Assembly (NCBI GenBank): GCA_040768745.1
Contig: JAXGMI010000002.1
Span: forward strand, 512,001-576,000
Length of the DNA: 64,000 nt
Direction of reading: 5' to 3'
DNA from: Desulfomicrobium sp.
GTDB taxonomy: Bacteria > Desulfobacterota > Desulfovibrionia > Desulfovibrionales > Desulfomicrobiaceae
In this document: one piece after another, positions 30,208 through 40,150 of the stretch
How the letters are laid out: each line of letters begins with the position of its first letter
Position numbering within the stretch: position 1 is the stretch's first letter
Notes under the pieces: model-generated
Told to the model about the DNA's origin: nothing
What the model saw: only the letters and a program-made list of their open reading frames with translations
The model's database searches: none
Program-made: the position numbers and the translations under genes

Positions 30208-32745
30208 CTATTCGTTGCGCAAGAATGGGGCGGCTTTGCGGCCCAGCACCCGCCAGGTTCCCAGCAGCCCCATGACCAGGGACAAGGATACACCCGCGAG
30301 CACGGTCAGCGCGCCGACACCGAAGTCCGGAGTAAAACGCATGCGCAGGAGCCCCTGCACCACCCCCCATGCGGTAAGGGTGCCCAGCGCCAGGCTGCCC
30401 ATGCCAGTGAACAGACCGGCCAGGGAGAATTCGGCAACAAGGATGGCCAGGATATCCCGGCGGGTTGCCCCGCAAACCTTGTAGATGACGCTGTCGTAGA
30501 TGCGGCGGTGCTGATCCGCCGAAAACGCCCCGGCCAGGACCAGAAAGCCGACGAGCAGCGCCACACCGGCCATGACCTGAAAGATCCGCACTGTCCGCGA
30601 CATGAGCCGGGCCGCGCTGTCGAGCACCTCGCGGATGGTGACCACGGCCACCTCGGGAAAGGCCTCGGTGGCGCGGGCGAAAAGAGTCTCTTGGCGGTCC
30701 GTGCCGTAGGCGGCACCGAGCCAGGACTGTGGGGCGTTGTCCAGTGCCCCGGGGGAGAAGATGATGGCGAACTGCATGGCCAGGGTCTGCCAGTTCACCT
30801 CCCGGATACTGGCGATGGTCCCGGTCAGATTGCGGCCCAGGATGTTGACGGTCAACGTATCCCCCAGATCGACCCCGAATCCCTTGGCCAGATCCGAGGT
30901 CAGGGAAATGAGCGGCGGGCCGGAATAGCCCTTCTCCCACCATGTGCCCCGCAGCAGGGTGCTGCCGGCAGGAAAATCCTCGCTGTACGACAGTCCCCTG
31001 TCCCCGCGCACGGCCCAGGCCACGTCCTCGCTGACCGTGGCGTTTTCCACCGGGGTCTGTCCGATGCGTACGATGCGTCCCCGGACCATGGGCCGCAGAT
31101 CCAGGCGGGATACGCCAGGGGTACTCAGAACCAGAGAGCGGAAATTCTCAACCTGATCGGGCCGGACATCCATGAAAAAAAAGGTTGGGGCCTCCTGGGA
31201 TAGTTCCGCCGAGATCGTTCTGGAAAGACTGGCGTTGACCATGACCACGCCCACCAGGGCTGTCAGCCCGAAACCCAGGGCAAAGACGAGACTGACGCCG
31301 GGCGAGCCAGGGCGGTGGATGTTGGCCACGCCGATGCGCCAGCTCGGCCAGGGCAGCTGCGGGGCCCTGCCCGCCAGCCAGCGGATTGCCTTGGCCATCC
31401 CCTTGAACAGGACATACGCCAGAAGTGTTCCCCCAATGAACCATGTTGAAAGCCTGGGGTTGTCCGCGAACCAGAAAACCATTGCCCCCAGCAGGATGAA
31501 GGCCGCGGCGGTGGGCAGGGCGGCGGCCCTGGGCATCCGTTCGAGATCGGCAGAAACATATCCGCGAAAAATGCCCGAAGGTCTGACCATGACCGCTCGG
31601 AAGAGCGGGGGCATGGAAAAAGCCATGGTGGTGACCAGTCCGAAAAGGGCGGCCTGCAGAAGTGGACCGAAATAAATACCACTGCGGACCTGGATGGGCA
31701 GAATGTCGTCGAAAAAACGGGCCCCGACCCACGGCACCAGGCTCCCCCCGATTATCCCGGCGCAGGCCCCCAGGAACCCGAGAACCATGACCTGGAGGAG
31801 ATAGGAGGCAAACAGGACCCGACCCGATCCCCCCATGCACTTCATGGCAGCCATGTGCGTCAACCTGCCGCCCAAATAGCCGCGTACCCCTCCGGCGATG
31901 CCCAGCCCGCCCACCAGCAGCGCGCCCAAACCGACCAGGGTCAGGTCAACGCTGAGCCTTTCGAGCACAGTGCGCACGCGCGGAGCAGCATGGGCGTAAT
32001 CCCTGACCCGCCAGCCTGCCTCGGGAAAGGCGCTCCGGATGGATTCAGCCACCCGGGGAGCGCTGTTGTCAGGCAGACGCAGCAGGTACTCCACCCGGAA
32101 AAGGCTGCCCGGCTGCATCAGGCCGGTATGGCGGAAGGCCTCTGCGCTGATCATCAGCCTGGGGCCGAGGCTGAAAAACTCCATGACCCGATCAGGTTCG
32201 CGCTGGATAACCCCTCGCAATTGAATGCGCGTATCTCCGACGGCGAGCTCGTCACCGACCTGAATTCCCAACCGGGCCAGCAGGTCGGGATCTGCCACGG
32301 CTCCAGGCAGGCCGTCAGCGACCGGGAGGAGGTCCTGCACATCGCCACCACCCTCCAGCTCTATGGTTCCGTACATGGGATAGAGCCGATCCACCCCCTT
32401 CAGCTCCACCAGCACGGACTTTGGGTGGCCATTGGTGCCATTCCCTCCCCGGCCCATGGTTCTGGTGGAAAGTGTCTGCCCCAAAGTGCCCAGCGGTTGC
32501 AGATATTCCGCCTCGGCATCGGTCAGATCCCGCGAAGTCAAGGCGATGCTGACGTCTCCTCCAAGAATGGCCTTGGCATCGGCGGCCAGGCCTGCCTCCA
32601 GGGCTCGCCCCAGAGAACCCACGGCACTGATGGCCAGAACGCCCAGAAAAAGGCAGCCCAAAAAGACGCCAAAGCCCCGCAATCCGCTGCGGAGTTCCCG
32701 CCGGCATAAGAGCAAGGCCAGCTTCCAATCCCGTATGCCCATCAT
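30208..32745 (-). CDS. ABC transporter permease, YbbP/FtsX-like
   Basis: Duplicated FtsX-type architecture, 845 aa, downstream of an ATPase. Confidence 0.85.
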   Translation of the reverse strand: MMGIRDWKLALLLCRRELRSGLRGFGVFLGCLFLGVLAISAVGSLGRALEAGLAADAKAILGGDVSIALTSRDLTDAEAEYLQPLGTLGQTLSTRTMGRGGNGTNGHPKSVLVELKGVDRLYPMYGTIELEGGGDVQDLLPVADGLPGAVADPDLLARLGIQVGDELAVGDTRIQLRGVIQREPDRVMEFFSLGPRLMISAEAFRHTGLMQPGSLFRVEYLLRLPDNSAPRVAESIRSAFPEAGWRVRDYAHAAPRVRTVLERLSVDLTLVGLGALLVGGLGIAGGVRGYLGGRLTHMAAMKCMGGSGRVLFASYLLQVMVLGFLGACAGIIGGSLVPWVGARFFDDILPIQVRSGIYFGPLLQAALFGLVTTMAFSMPPLFRAVMVRPSGIFRGYVSADLERMPRAAALPTAAAFILLGAMVFWFADNPRLSTWFIGGTLLAYVLFKGMAKAIRWLAGRAPQLPWPSWRIGVANIHRPGSPGVSLVFALGFGLTALVGVVMVNASLSRTISAELSQEAPTFFFMDVRPDQVENFRSLVLSTPGVSRLDLRPMVRGRIVRIGQTPVENATVSEDVAWAVRGDRGLSYSEDFPAGSTLLRGTWWEKGYSGPPLISLTSDLAKGFGVDLGDTLTVNILGRNLTGTIASIREVNWQTLAMQFAIIFSPGALDNAPQSWLGAAYGTDRQETLFARATEAFPEVAVVTIREVLDSAARLMSRTVRIFQVMAGVALLVGFLVLAGAFSADQHRRIYDSVIYKVCGATRRDILAILVAEFSLAGLFTGMGSLALGTLTAWGVVQGLLRMRFTPDFGVGALTVLAGVSLSLVMGLLGTWRVLGRKAAPFLRNE

Positions 32746-33422
32746 TCCTCCATCCGCTTCATGCGACCCGAGTGCATGGCTACCGTCCGCGAGCAGCGCC
32801 CTGCCAGGGAACGGTCATGCGTGACCATGACCAAGGTCGTCTTCTCCTCGGTCTGCATGGCAAAAAGGAGGTCCATGACCCGCGCCCCGGTTTCCTCGTC
32901 CAGGTTCCCGGTGGGCTCATCGGCGAGGATGATATTCGGTCGGGAGGCAAAGGCTCTGGCCAGGGCCACGCGCTGCTGTTCCCCGCCAGAGAGCTGGGCT
33001 GGATAGTGGTTGCGGCGGTGACCCAGGCCGACCTGCTCCAGGGCGTCCAAAGCCCTGACCCTGGCTTTCGGGTGGTGAGCGAATTCCAGGGGCAGGGCCG
33101 CATTTTCCAGTGCTGTCATGGTCGGAATGAGATGAAAGGCCTGGAAGACAATCCCCAGGTGCTCTCGCCGGAACCTGGCCAAGTCATCCTCGCCCAGGGA
33201 GGTCAGATCCTTGCCTGCCAGCTGCACAAGCCCTGCTGACGGACGCTCGAGCCCGGCCATAAGCATCAGCATGGTGGTCTTGCCCGAACCGGACGGCCCC
33301 ACCACGGCCAGGGTTTCACCCTGTTCCACCCGCAAACTGACCCCGCACAGAATGTTGACCGGCCCCGAGCCGGCGGTTAGCGTCAAATGAACATCATGCA
33401 GCACAACAGAGGGGACATTCAT
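32742..33422 (-). CDS. ABC transporter ATP-binding protein, YbbA-like
   Basis: GPSGSGKT, LSGGEQQR, ADEPTGNLD, VTHD; start uncertain. Confidence 0.9.
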   Translation of the reverse strand: MNVPSVVLHDVHLTLTAGSGPVNILCGVSLRVEQGETLAVVGPSGSGKTTMLMLMAGLERPSAGLVQLAGKDLTSLGEDDLARFRREHLGIVFQAFHLIPTMTALENAALPLEFAHHPKARVRALDALEQVGLGHRRNHYPAQLSGGEQQRVALARAFASRPNIILADEPTGNLDEETGARVMDLLFAMQTEEKTTLVMVTHDRSLAGRCSRTVAMHSGRMKRMEE

Positions 33423-34062
33423 GTCATCCATCCTTATACGGGGCATGCGGTGGGTTGTTTTTGTATCAATGATCTGTCTGGCCCAGCCGGCCATGGGGGA
33501 ATCCACCGTGCACATACTCGCCTTCGGTGACAGTCTGACCGCAGGCTATGGTCTAGCCCCATCGGATTCTTTCGCGGCCAGGCTGGAACAACGCCTGCGT
33601 GAGAAGGGTCGAGCGGTGCGGGTCACCAATGCCGGCGTGTCCGGAGACACGACTGGCGGCGGTTTGGCCAGGCTACCCTGGTCCCTGGAGGACAAGCCTG
33701 ATCTGGTCATCTTGGAGTTGGGCGCCAACGATGGCCTGCGCGGCCTGGATCCAGAGCGGATGCGGGCCAACCTGGAGGCCATGATCGAATTGTGCCGCAA
33801 GGCCGATACCCGGGTCATACTGGCCGGGATGCGCGCTCCGGTCAATTGGGGTTTGCCCTACAAAAAACATTTCGATGCTGTTTTTCCGGATCTGGCCAGC
33901 AAATACGACCTCCCCTTGTACCCATTCTTTCTGGAGGGGGTGGTCGCAGACAATGCACTGGTCCTGGACGACGGCCTGCACCCCAACGCCAGAGGGGTGG
34001 AACGCATCGTGGACGGGATCGTACCTCTGATCGAGGCGGAGCTGGACAGCCTGCGCAGCTGA
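33421..34062 (+). CDS. GDSL arylesterase / TesA-like
   Basis: FGDSL, NAGVSGDT, LGANDG, DGLHPN; divergent from the ABC ATPase as in tesA-ybbAP. Start could be 33445. Confidence 0.92.
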   Translation: MSSILIRGMRWVVFVSMICLAQPAMGESTVHILAFGDSLTAGYGLAPSDSFAARLEQRLREKGRAVRVTNAGVSGDTTGGGLARLPWSLEDKPDLVILELGANDGLRGLDPERMRANLEAMIELCRKADTRVILAGMRAPVNWGLPYKKHFDAVFPDLASKYDLPLYPFFLEGVVADNALVLDDGLHPNARGVERIVDGIVPLIEAELDSLRS

Positions 34063-34231
34063 ACCAGACCCGGGCGCAGGCTGTTCTGACCCCAATCCAA
34101 GCGGGATTGCCAGGGCAACACTGCACTTCTGAGTTCCTCCTCAGGGCACAGGCAAGGGAAACAGCACCATCCTGGACGCAAAATGAAATGAACTGCCATC
34201 GCCAACATTCCCTTTATTTCCGGAGAGATCC

Positions 34232-34942
34232 ATGGCTTTGATGCCGATTCTTGCGCTGAGCATTTTCCTTGGTCTGTGGTACCTTTCCGCCCGGATCATG
34301 GAATCGACCCTGGACACGCTCTCCCGCCCCATGGACAAAATCGTCCCCCGCACGCATGTGCCCTCCGATGAGGACCTGCGCAGCCCCATGCGCCTGGTTG
34401 AAAACTGGGCGCACGAGCATGGATTCGAGGACGATGTCATGTTTGACTTTCGGATTCAGAACCACAACCCAGGCCTTTTCTGTCGGACCTGGAAAAACAT
34501 TCCTGAACGGACGTACCTCGTCTTCTATGCCGGCCTGGGCAAACAAATAGCCGAACTTGTCACCATCTACGACGACAAGACCGGGGTGACCACCACCAAC
34601 GCCACGGACGCCCACAACCTGCCGGCTGTGCCAGGTGCCTTCATCCAGGCGTTCCCTGGCCTCGGTCTGTCCGATCTCCACACCGCGCACCAGGAAGGCT
34701 GCCGCACCCTGGAGCGAAGGACCGGCTTGGCGCGGCAGGAGCGGGAAGAAGACACGCTGGACCTCATCACCCACTCCCTGACCCGCCAGGCCCGGTATGT
34801 CAGATCCATTCCCGGATGGCGTTGGAAAGGTCTGTGGTGGATTCTGATCCGCAAACGTTGGATGATAGGCAAGGACGTGGGCTGGCAGTTGGACCAGTTC
34901 GGCGTGTTCGAACCCGACCCACCCAAGGGAATCCTCCAGTAG
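34232..34942 (+). CDS. Hypothetical membrane-anchored protein
   Basis: GGAGAG RBS, N-terminal hydrophobic helix, coding-like GC3. Confidence 0.7.
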   Translation: MALMPILALSIFLGLWYLSARIMESTLDTLSRPMDKIVPRTHVPSDEDLRSPMRLVENWAHEHGFEDDVMFDFRIQNHNPGLFCRTWKNIPERTYLVFYAGLGKQIAELVTIYDDKTGVTTTNATDAHNLPAVPGAFIQAFPGLGLSDLHTAHQEGCRTLERRTGLARQEREEDTLDLITHSLTRQARYVRSIPGWRWKGLWWILIRKRWMIGKDVGWQLDQFGVFEPDPPKGILQ

Positions 34943-34945
34943 ACC

Positions 34946-35644
34946 ATGCCTCTCTCCCCCCTGCACTACACTCCGCCAACCGAGCCGTGGCTCGTCATCA
35001 TGTACGAAGACCGGGACATGGTCGTGGTGGACAAACCGAGCGGACTGCTGTCAGTTCCTGGACGAACGCCGGAACTCTGCGATTCCGTCCTGTCCCGGGT
35101 ACGCCTGACCTACATGCACGCCCAGGCTGTGCACCGACTGGACCTGGGCACCTCCGGCGTCCTGGTCGTCGCCACCCGGCGCAAGGCTGAGGCCACCCTG
35201 AGGCAGCAATTTCAGGACAGGCAGACCAGCAAAGTCTATCTCGCCATGGTACATGGGAGAATGGAAAGCGATGCGGGAACCATCGATCTGCCGCTGATCT
35301 GCGACTGGCCCAATCGACCCAGGCAAAAGGTTTGCCAGCGAACTGGGAAGCCTGCCCTGACCGAATATGAGGTCGTGGAACGGCATCCGGACTCGACCCT
35401 GGTCCGCCTCTGCCCCCGCACGGGCCGATCCCACCAGCTGCGGGTTCACTTGGCCAGTCTTGGCCACCCTATCCTGGGAGACAACCTCTACGGTCCGGAC
35501 CAGATCCAGGAAGGCTGCCGTCTGCTGCTGCATGCCAGCCAATTGGGTCTTTTCCACCCTTACAGCCGAACCTGGATGACCTTCCTCGCGGCCTGCCCTT
35601 TTGCGCCCCAGGCAGAACCGATTCCTCTTTTCCCGACAGAGTAG
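34946..35644 (+). CDS. rluA: tRNA/23S rRNA pseudouridine synthase RluA
   Basis: Y.PP.EPWL.I.Y.D, KPSGLLSVPGR, HRLD, LPLICDWPNRP.QKV, TGRSHQLRVH. Confidence 0.9.
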   Translation: MPLSPLHYTPPTEPWLVIMYEDRDMVVVDKPSGLLSVPGRTPELCDSVLSRVRLTYMHAQAVHRLDLGTSGVLVVATRRKAEATLRQQFQDRQTSKVYLAMVHGRMESDAGTIDLPLICDWPNRPRQKVCQRTGKPALTEYEVVERHPDSTLVRLCPRTGRSHQLRVHLASLGHPILGDNLYGPDQIQEGCRLLLHASQLGLFHPYSRTWMTFLAACPFAPQAEPIPLFPTE

Positions 35645-35803
35645 CGTTGTCCGGCGTACAACAGATCCGCATCCCGTATTCTTCGAACGCCCTCTCCGCC
35701 CTGACCAGCGTGCGACGGTCCAGCCCTGCCTGTCCCCTCACCGGCATTTTGTTGATCAACGTCTGGAGGGATGGCCTGCGCCCCATGCAGAACACCCCGC
35801 GCA

Positions 35804-36048
35804 AGTTGTGTGCGTCAAGTTCAGCAAATTTTCCACGGCATGATGGGTAACCGCAAGCAGCTGGCGACCGAGAATGGGCTCACCCAAAGCTCGTCGGGGT
35901 CTCCAGATGCATTTTCCATTAACCAGCAAGTCCTTCAAGGCCTTCTTCATTTCTGTCAGCAGGCTCATATCCAGAGGTACCTATTTGCCTTGATCCAGTT
36001 CTCACGCGTCTCGACTGCAAGGGGCCCGATAAGGCGTAGGCAGCTATC
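35804..36048 (-). mobile_element. IS256-family remnant (transposase C-terminus and probable right end)
   Basis: DSCLRLIGPLAVETRENWIKANRYL / frameshift / DMSLLTEMKK, followed by TTGCTGAACTTGACGCACACAACT resembling an IS256-type terminal repeat; recognised from memory. Confidence 0.6.
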
Positions 36049-36183
36049 CCCGAACGGCGGATGCGCTGTGACGGATGGGGTCCGTTGTCTGCATGCAGTC
36101 AGAAAACCCTATGAAAGAACATGGGTCGATTGAGCGGTTACGAGGATCGACTCCACGTAAATGCTTTCGACAGGGGACACGGC

Positions 36184-36212
36184 AAAAAAAAGGCGGCCCA
36201 GCAGGGCCGCCT
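36184..36212 (-). terminator. Rho-independent terminator of the OmpA-family gene
   Basis: Minus strand AGGCGGCCC-TGCT-GGGCCGCCT followed by a T-run. Confidence 0.9.
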
Positions 36213-36232
36213 AGTCGGGTTTGTTCTTTTCC

Positions 36233-37357
36233 TTATCTCTTCTCGTAGACACCCTTCAGCACGGCTTCGATCCGGCGGTTCTGGGCGCGGCCGGCATCGG
36301 TATCATTGCTGGCGATGGGCTTGCTCTCGCCGAAACCGACAGCGGTCAGCAACTTGCCGTTCATGCCAAGCTTGGAAACCAGATAGTCACGCACGCTGTT
36401 GGCACGGCGCTGGGACAGCTTCTGGTTGTAGGCATCGGTACCGACGGAATCGGTGTGTCCGTCAATTTCCACGGCCACGCCGGGATACTGCTTCATGAAC
36501 TCAGCAAAATCAGCCAATTCCTTGTGGTATTCAGGCTTGATGTTTGCCTTGTCGAAATCGAAGTGAACCTTGAGGGTCTTGACCAGAGGAATCGGGCAAC
36601 CGTTGGCGTCCACAGCCAGATCAGAGGCCGTTCCGGGGCACTTGTCGATGCAGTTGTTCACCCCGTCCTTATCGTCGTCAAAAGAGCAGGGATCAGCCTT
36701 GGCTTCGTCGTAGAAAACGTCCTTCACGAACTTCTTGAGGGCAGCGTCATCGGCCAACTGGGCCGCGGAAGCGCCGACACCACAGCCAGGCTTGATGGCG
36801 GTGATCTTGTCGAGCAGGGCCTGATTGCCATCTACGGAATCGGCAAAGCTGATGGTATGGAAGCAGACACCATATTTTTTCGACAGGTCAGCAGCAACCT
36901 TCAGGGTATCCACACCCTCGTTTTCCTGGCCATCCGAGACGATGATGACGGCGTTACGTCCGGTCATACCTTTCAGGGCAGGCTCAAGGCTGGCCAGGCC
37001 GGGACCAAGAGGAGTCGGGTTGGAGCCGATCTCTGTGGGGATCTTGGCGATAGCTGCACCATATGAAGCGGCCTTATACGGTTCCACCTTTTTGAGTTCT
37101 GCGGGATATGCGGCCAGATTCAGCCCCCCGGCGTAGCCCAGTTCAAGCAGATTCTTGTTGATCCGCTCCATGATGGATTTGGCCAGAGCAATTTTTGTCT
37201 GTTTCGTGCCAACATACTTGTCAGCCATGGACCCGGATCTGTCTACCAGAAAAATGAAATTATCGACCTTTCGCACATAGTTCTCTGCGGCCAGTGCCGT
37301 TGAGGCCGCAAACATCACCAGCAACAGGCTCAACACCAATACTCTGTTCATTTTCAT
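36233..37357 (-). CDS. vWA + OmpA-like peptidoglycan-binding protein
   Basis: Signal peptide; DRSGS MIDAS, SDG; DDDKDGV..DKCP repeat; FDFDK, GHTD.VG..YN..LS.RRA, NRR.E. Confidence 0.92.
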   Translation of the reverse strand: MKMNRVLVLSLLLVMFAASTALAAENYVRKVDNFIFLVDRSGSMADKYVGTKQTKIALAKSIMERINKNLLELGYAGGLNLAAYPAELKKVEPYKAASYGAAIAKIPTEIGSNPTPLGPGLASLEPALKGMTGRNAVIIVSDGQENEGVDTLKVAADLSKKYGVCFHTISFADSVDGNQALLDKITAIKPGCGVGASAAQLADDAALKKFVKDVFYDEAKADPCSFDDDKDGVNNCIDKCPGTASDLAVDANGCPIPLVKTLKVHFDFDKANIKPEYHKELADFAEFMKQYPGVAVEIDGHTDSVGTDAYNQKLSQRRANSVRDYLVSKLGMNGKLLTAVGFGESKPIASNDTDAGRAQNRRIEAVLKGVYEKR

Positions 37358-37423
37358 ACGTTCGACTCCTCTTTGTTGATATTTTTAGACCGGAAAAAAC
37401 TATTCGAAAAAACGTGCAGTTAA

Positions 37424-37452
37424 TTTTTACGCTCATCATACCTTTTTGTCAA
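37424..37452 (-). promoter_or_regulatory. Candidate sigma70 promoter for the OmpA-family gene
   Basis: TTGACA-N17-TAAAAA. Confidence 0.55.
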
Positions 37453-37504
37453 AGCGTTAAAATCCATGTCATTCATATTAATCGGCAGGTCAACTGAAGA
37501 GATA

Positions 37505-37533
37505 TTGACCTGAGGTCATTAGGATATGAGAAT
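37505..37533 (+). promoter_or_regulatory. Candidate sigma70 promoter for dinB
   Basis: TTGACC-N17-GAGAAT, ending 6 nt before the ATG. Confidence 0.55.
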
Positions 37534-37539
37534 GAAAAA

Positions 37540-38778
37540 ATGAAGTCGTCCAATACCCGCGATGGAAGTAATTTTCAATCAATTATTCTGCATGTCGATA
37601 TGGATGCTTTTTTTGCGTCCATAGAGCAAGCCGACAATCCAGATCTGCGCGGCAAACCGGTTGTCATCGGTCAATCCTTGCGGGGCGTTGCCTCGGCAGC
37701 CTCGTATGAGGCCAGACGATATGGAATCCACTCGGCCATGCCCATTGTCCAAGCCAGAAAACTTTGCCCGCATGCCGTGTTTCTGCCTGGCCGCATGGCC
37801 CGGTACAAAGAAGTGTCGCACCAGATCATGGGCATCATCCACTCTTTGTGTCCTGTCGTCGAACAGGCGTCAGTAGACGAGGCCTACGCTGACATAACCG
37901 GCACAGGCCGCATTTCTGGCCCCCCGGAGGTATTGGCCCGCCGCCTGAAAGAAAAAATTTCGACGGGCACAGGACTGACATGTTCCGTGGGCATTGCCCC
38001 GAACAAATTTCTGGCCAAGATCGCCTCGGACTGGAACAAACCTGACGGACTGACAGTCATCCTGCCAGAGGAGGTGCCCTCATTCCTTTCCAGGCTGCCC
38101 CTGTCCAAAATTCCAGGAGTTGGTCATCGTACGCTGGAGGAACTGTCACGGCTGGGAGTGACGGTTGTTTCCGACATTCTGAGGCATCCCCGCCAATTCT
38201 GGATCGATCGTTTTGGCAAACGCGGCCTTTTTCTCCATGACCGGGCCCTGGGCATTGACCACAGTCCCGTGGAACCGGAAGGTGACTCCAAGTCCTGCAG
38301 TGCAGAAAATACGTTCAGCCAGGACACGTTGGATCCGGAAATTCTCAAGCGATGGCTGCTGATCCAAGCTGAACGCGTGGGTCGGAAACTTCGCTCCACG
38401 CGCAAAAAGGGCACATGCATTTCCCTCAAGTTGAAGTTCAACGATTTTGCCGTGCTGACCAAAGCCGTATCACTGCACGAACCGACACATCGGACCCGCG
38501 ACATCTTCAATGCCACCTGCGCCCTGCTTGCTGAGCAACGCCTGGTCAAGCCTGTGCGACTCATCGGCACATGTGTGTCGAACTTCCGGGCCGAACAACA
38601 CCGGTTGCCCCTTTTTCCGGATGCGGAAAGTGCCAAACAGGACCTCCTGGACCAGGCCATAGACCAAATCCGGGACAGGTTCGGATCCCGGAGCATCCTC
38701 CGCGCAGAGGCAGCAGCAACGCCGGAATCCGTTCAGGACCTGCTGTCCAAGAAAAACTGCAAATCCGGCGGGAAATAA
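37540..38778 (+). CDS. dinB: DNA polymerase IV
   Basis: HVDMDAFFAS, ASYEAR, SVDEAY, NKFLAKIASD..KPDG. Confidence 0.95.
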   Translation: MKSSNTRDGSNFQSIILHVDMDAFFASIEQADNPDLRGKPVVIGQSLRGVASAASYEARRYGIHSAMPIVQARKLCPHAVFLPGRMARYKEVSHQIMGIIHSLCPVVEQASVDEAYADITGTGRISGPPEVLARRLKEKISTGTGLTCSVGIAPNKFLAKIASDWNKPDGLTVILPEEVPSFLSRLPLSKIPGVGHRTLEELSRLGVTVVSDILRHPRQFWIDRFGKRGLFLHDRALGIDHSPVEPEGDSKSCSAENTFSQDTLDPEILKRWLLIQAERVGRKLRSTRKKGTCISLKLKFNDFAVLTKAVSLHEPTHRTRDIFNATCALLAEQRLVKPVRLIGTCVSNFRAEQHRLPLFPDAESAKQDLLDQAIDQIRDRFGSRSILRAEAAATPESVQDLLSKKNCKSGGK

Positions 38779-39055
38779 TGCTTGCCAAAGAAAATTTTTC
38801 TTGTTTGGAAGCCCCCAGCCGTATTTCAAGCAGAAAGAACCCCGTATGCATTTCCGCATCGTCCCGCGGGTATTCCCACTGATCGGACCGGATGCCTGCG
38901 TGCAGCCCGGCTTCCCCCTGCATGGTTCAGGACGCGCATGCTCGTCGGAGTGGAAGTCCGGTCCGGAGATCGGCTTGCAGAAGGCTCTCCTGACGGATCT
39001 GCTTGATTTTTCTATTTTCCGGACTGGAACCGTTCTCACTACAGAGGATTTCTTC

Positions 39056-39220
39056 ATGGAACTGCTCAAAGACCGCTATAAACGGGAGTTTGTTGAGGTT
39101 GCCTGCCCAAAATGCAAGCAAGCCAGGATCATCTGCCTGCCCGAAGAGGAACTCCCGATCTGCGAATTCTGCAACGTGCGCATGGTCATCAAGGAAATCC
39201 TGACCGAGGGCAAATACTGA
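39056..39220 (+). CDS. 54-aa double-CxxC (zinc-ribbon-like) protein
   Basis: GAGGA RBS; CPKC...CEFC; coding-like codon usage. Confidence 0.75.
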   Translation: MELLKDRYKREFVEVACPKCKQARIICLPEEELPICEFCNVRMVIKEILTEGKY

Positions 39221-39257
39221 ACCCCGGCATTTTTACGTAACCTTTTGAGGAGGAATT

Positions 39258-40079
39258 ATGCGCTTTGTCTTCAGATGTGTATTGGCATTGTTTGTGGCCG
39301 TCTGCGTGGCAGCACAGAGTTTTGCTGCGGATCACGATTTGGCCCAGAAGTCCACGTTGAATGAAATTCTGAAACGCAAGGAACTGCGCGTCGGATTGGA
39401 CGCCGGGTACATGCCCTTTGAGATGACGAATAAAAAAGGGGAAATCGTTGGATTTGACGTGGACGTCGCCAAGGAAATGGCCAAGGCCATGGGCGTCAAG
39501 CTCAAGATCGTCAATACCGACTTCGATGGCATCATCCCCGCGTTGATGGCTGACAAGTTCGACATCATCGTCAGCGGAATGACCGTGAACCAGGAGCGCA
39601 ATCTCCAGATCAATTTCGCTGATCCCTACATCGTCATCGGTCAGGCAATTCTCCTGAATAAAAAGCATGAAGGGACGATCTCGTCCTACAAGGACTTGAA
39701 CGATCCCAAATATGTCGTCGTGTCCCGCATTGGCACCACCGGCGAGCAGGCAACAAAGCGTATGATCCCCAAAGCCCAGTACAAGAGTTTTGAAAAAGAG
39801 GCTGATGGAGCCATGGAAGTCGCCAATGGCCAGGGAGACGCATTCATCTACGACCTGCCCTTCTGCGCCGTTTTCATGGCCCAGCAAGGCGGCAAGAACC
39901 TGGTCCTGCTGGACAAGGTCTTTACCTACGAGCCACTGGGTTTCGGGGTCAAAAAAGGTGATCCAGACTTCCTGAACTGGCTGGACAACTTCCTCGCCCA
40001 GATCAAGGCCGACGGCCGATACGACCGCATCTACGACAAGTGGATCAAGGGAACGGAGTGGCTCAAGGAAGTTCAATAG
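39258..40079 (+). CDS. Polar amino-acid ABC transporter substrate-binding protein
   Basis: Signal peptide, Y.PFE, GFDVD, SGMT...ER...I.F..PY, GTT. Confidence 0.93.
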   Translation: MRFVFRCVLALFVAVCVAAQSFAADHDLAQKSTLNEILKRKELRVGLDAGYMPFEMTNKKGEIVGFDVDVAKEMAKAMGVKLKIVNTDFDGIIPALMADKFDIIVSGMTVNQERNLQINFADPYIVIGQAILLNKKHEGTISSYKDLNDPKYVVVSRIGTTGEQATKRMIPKAQYKSFEKEADGAMEVANGQGDAFIYDLPFCAVFMAQQGGKNLVLLDKVFTYEPLGFGVKKGDPDFLNWLDNFLAQIKADGRYDRIYDKWIKGTEWLKEVQ

Positions 40080-40150
40080 ACCCAGAAGTTGCGGAATCCT
40101 GCCGGCATGCTGGATTCAGCACTGTATGATTTCCCGCAACAGGACACACA

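Noticed and set aside
30208..34062. Head-to-head abutting of the arylesterase and ABC ATPase genes
   Set aside because: Known tesA-ybbAP arrangement; not novel.
38780..39055. T-box (TGGAACC) or cobalamin riboswitch (CAGGAGAGCC on the minus strand)
   Set aside because: Isolated words without stem I, a terminator or the correct motif order; kept only as an unassigned structured leader.
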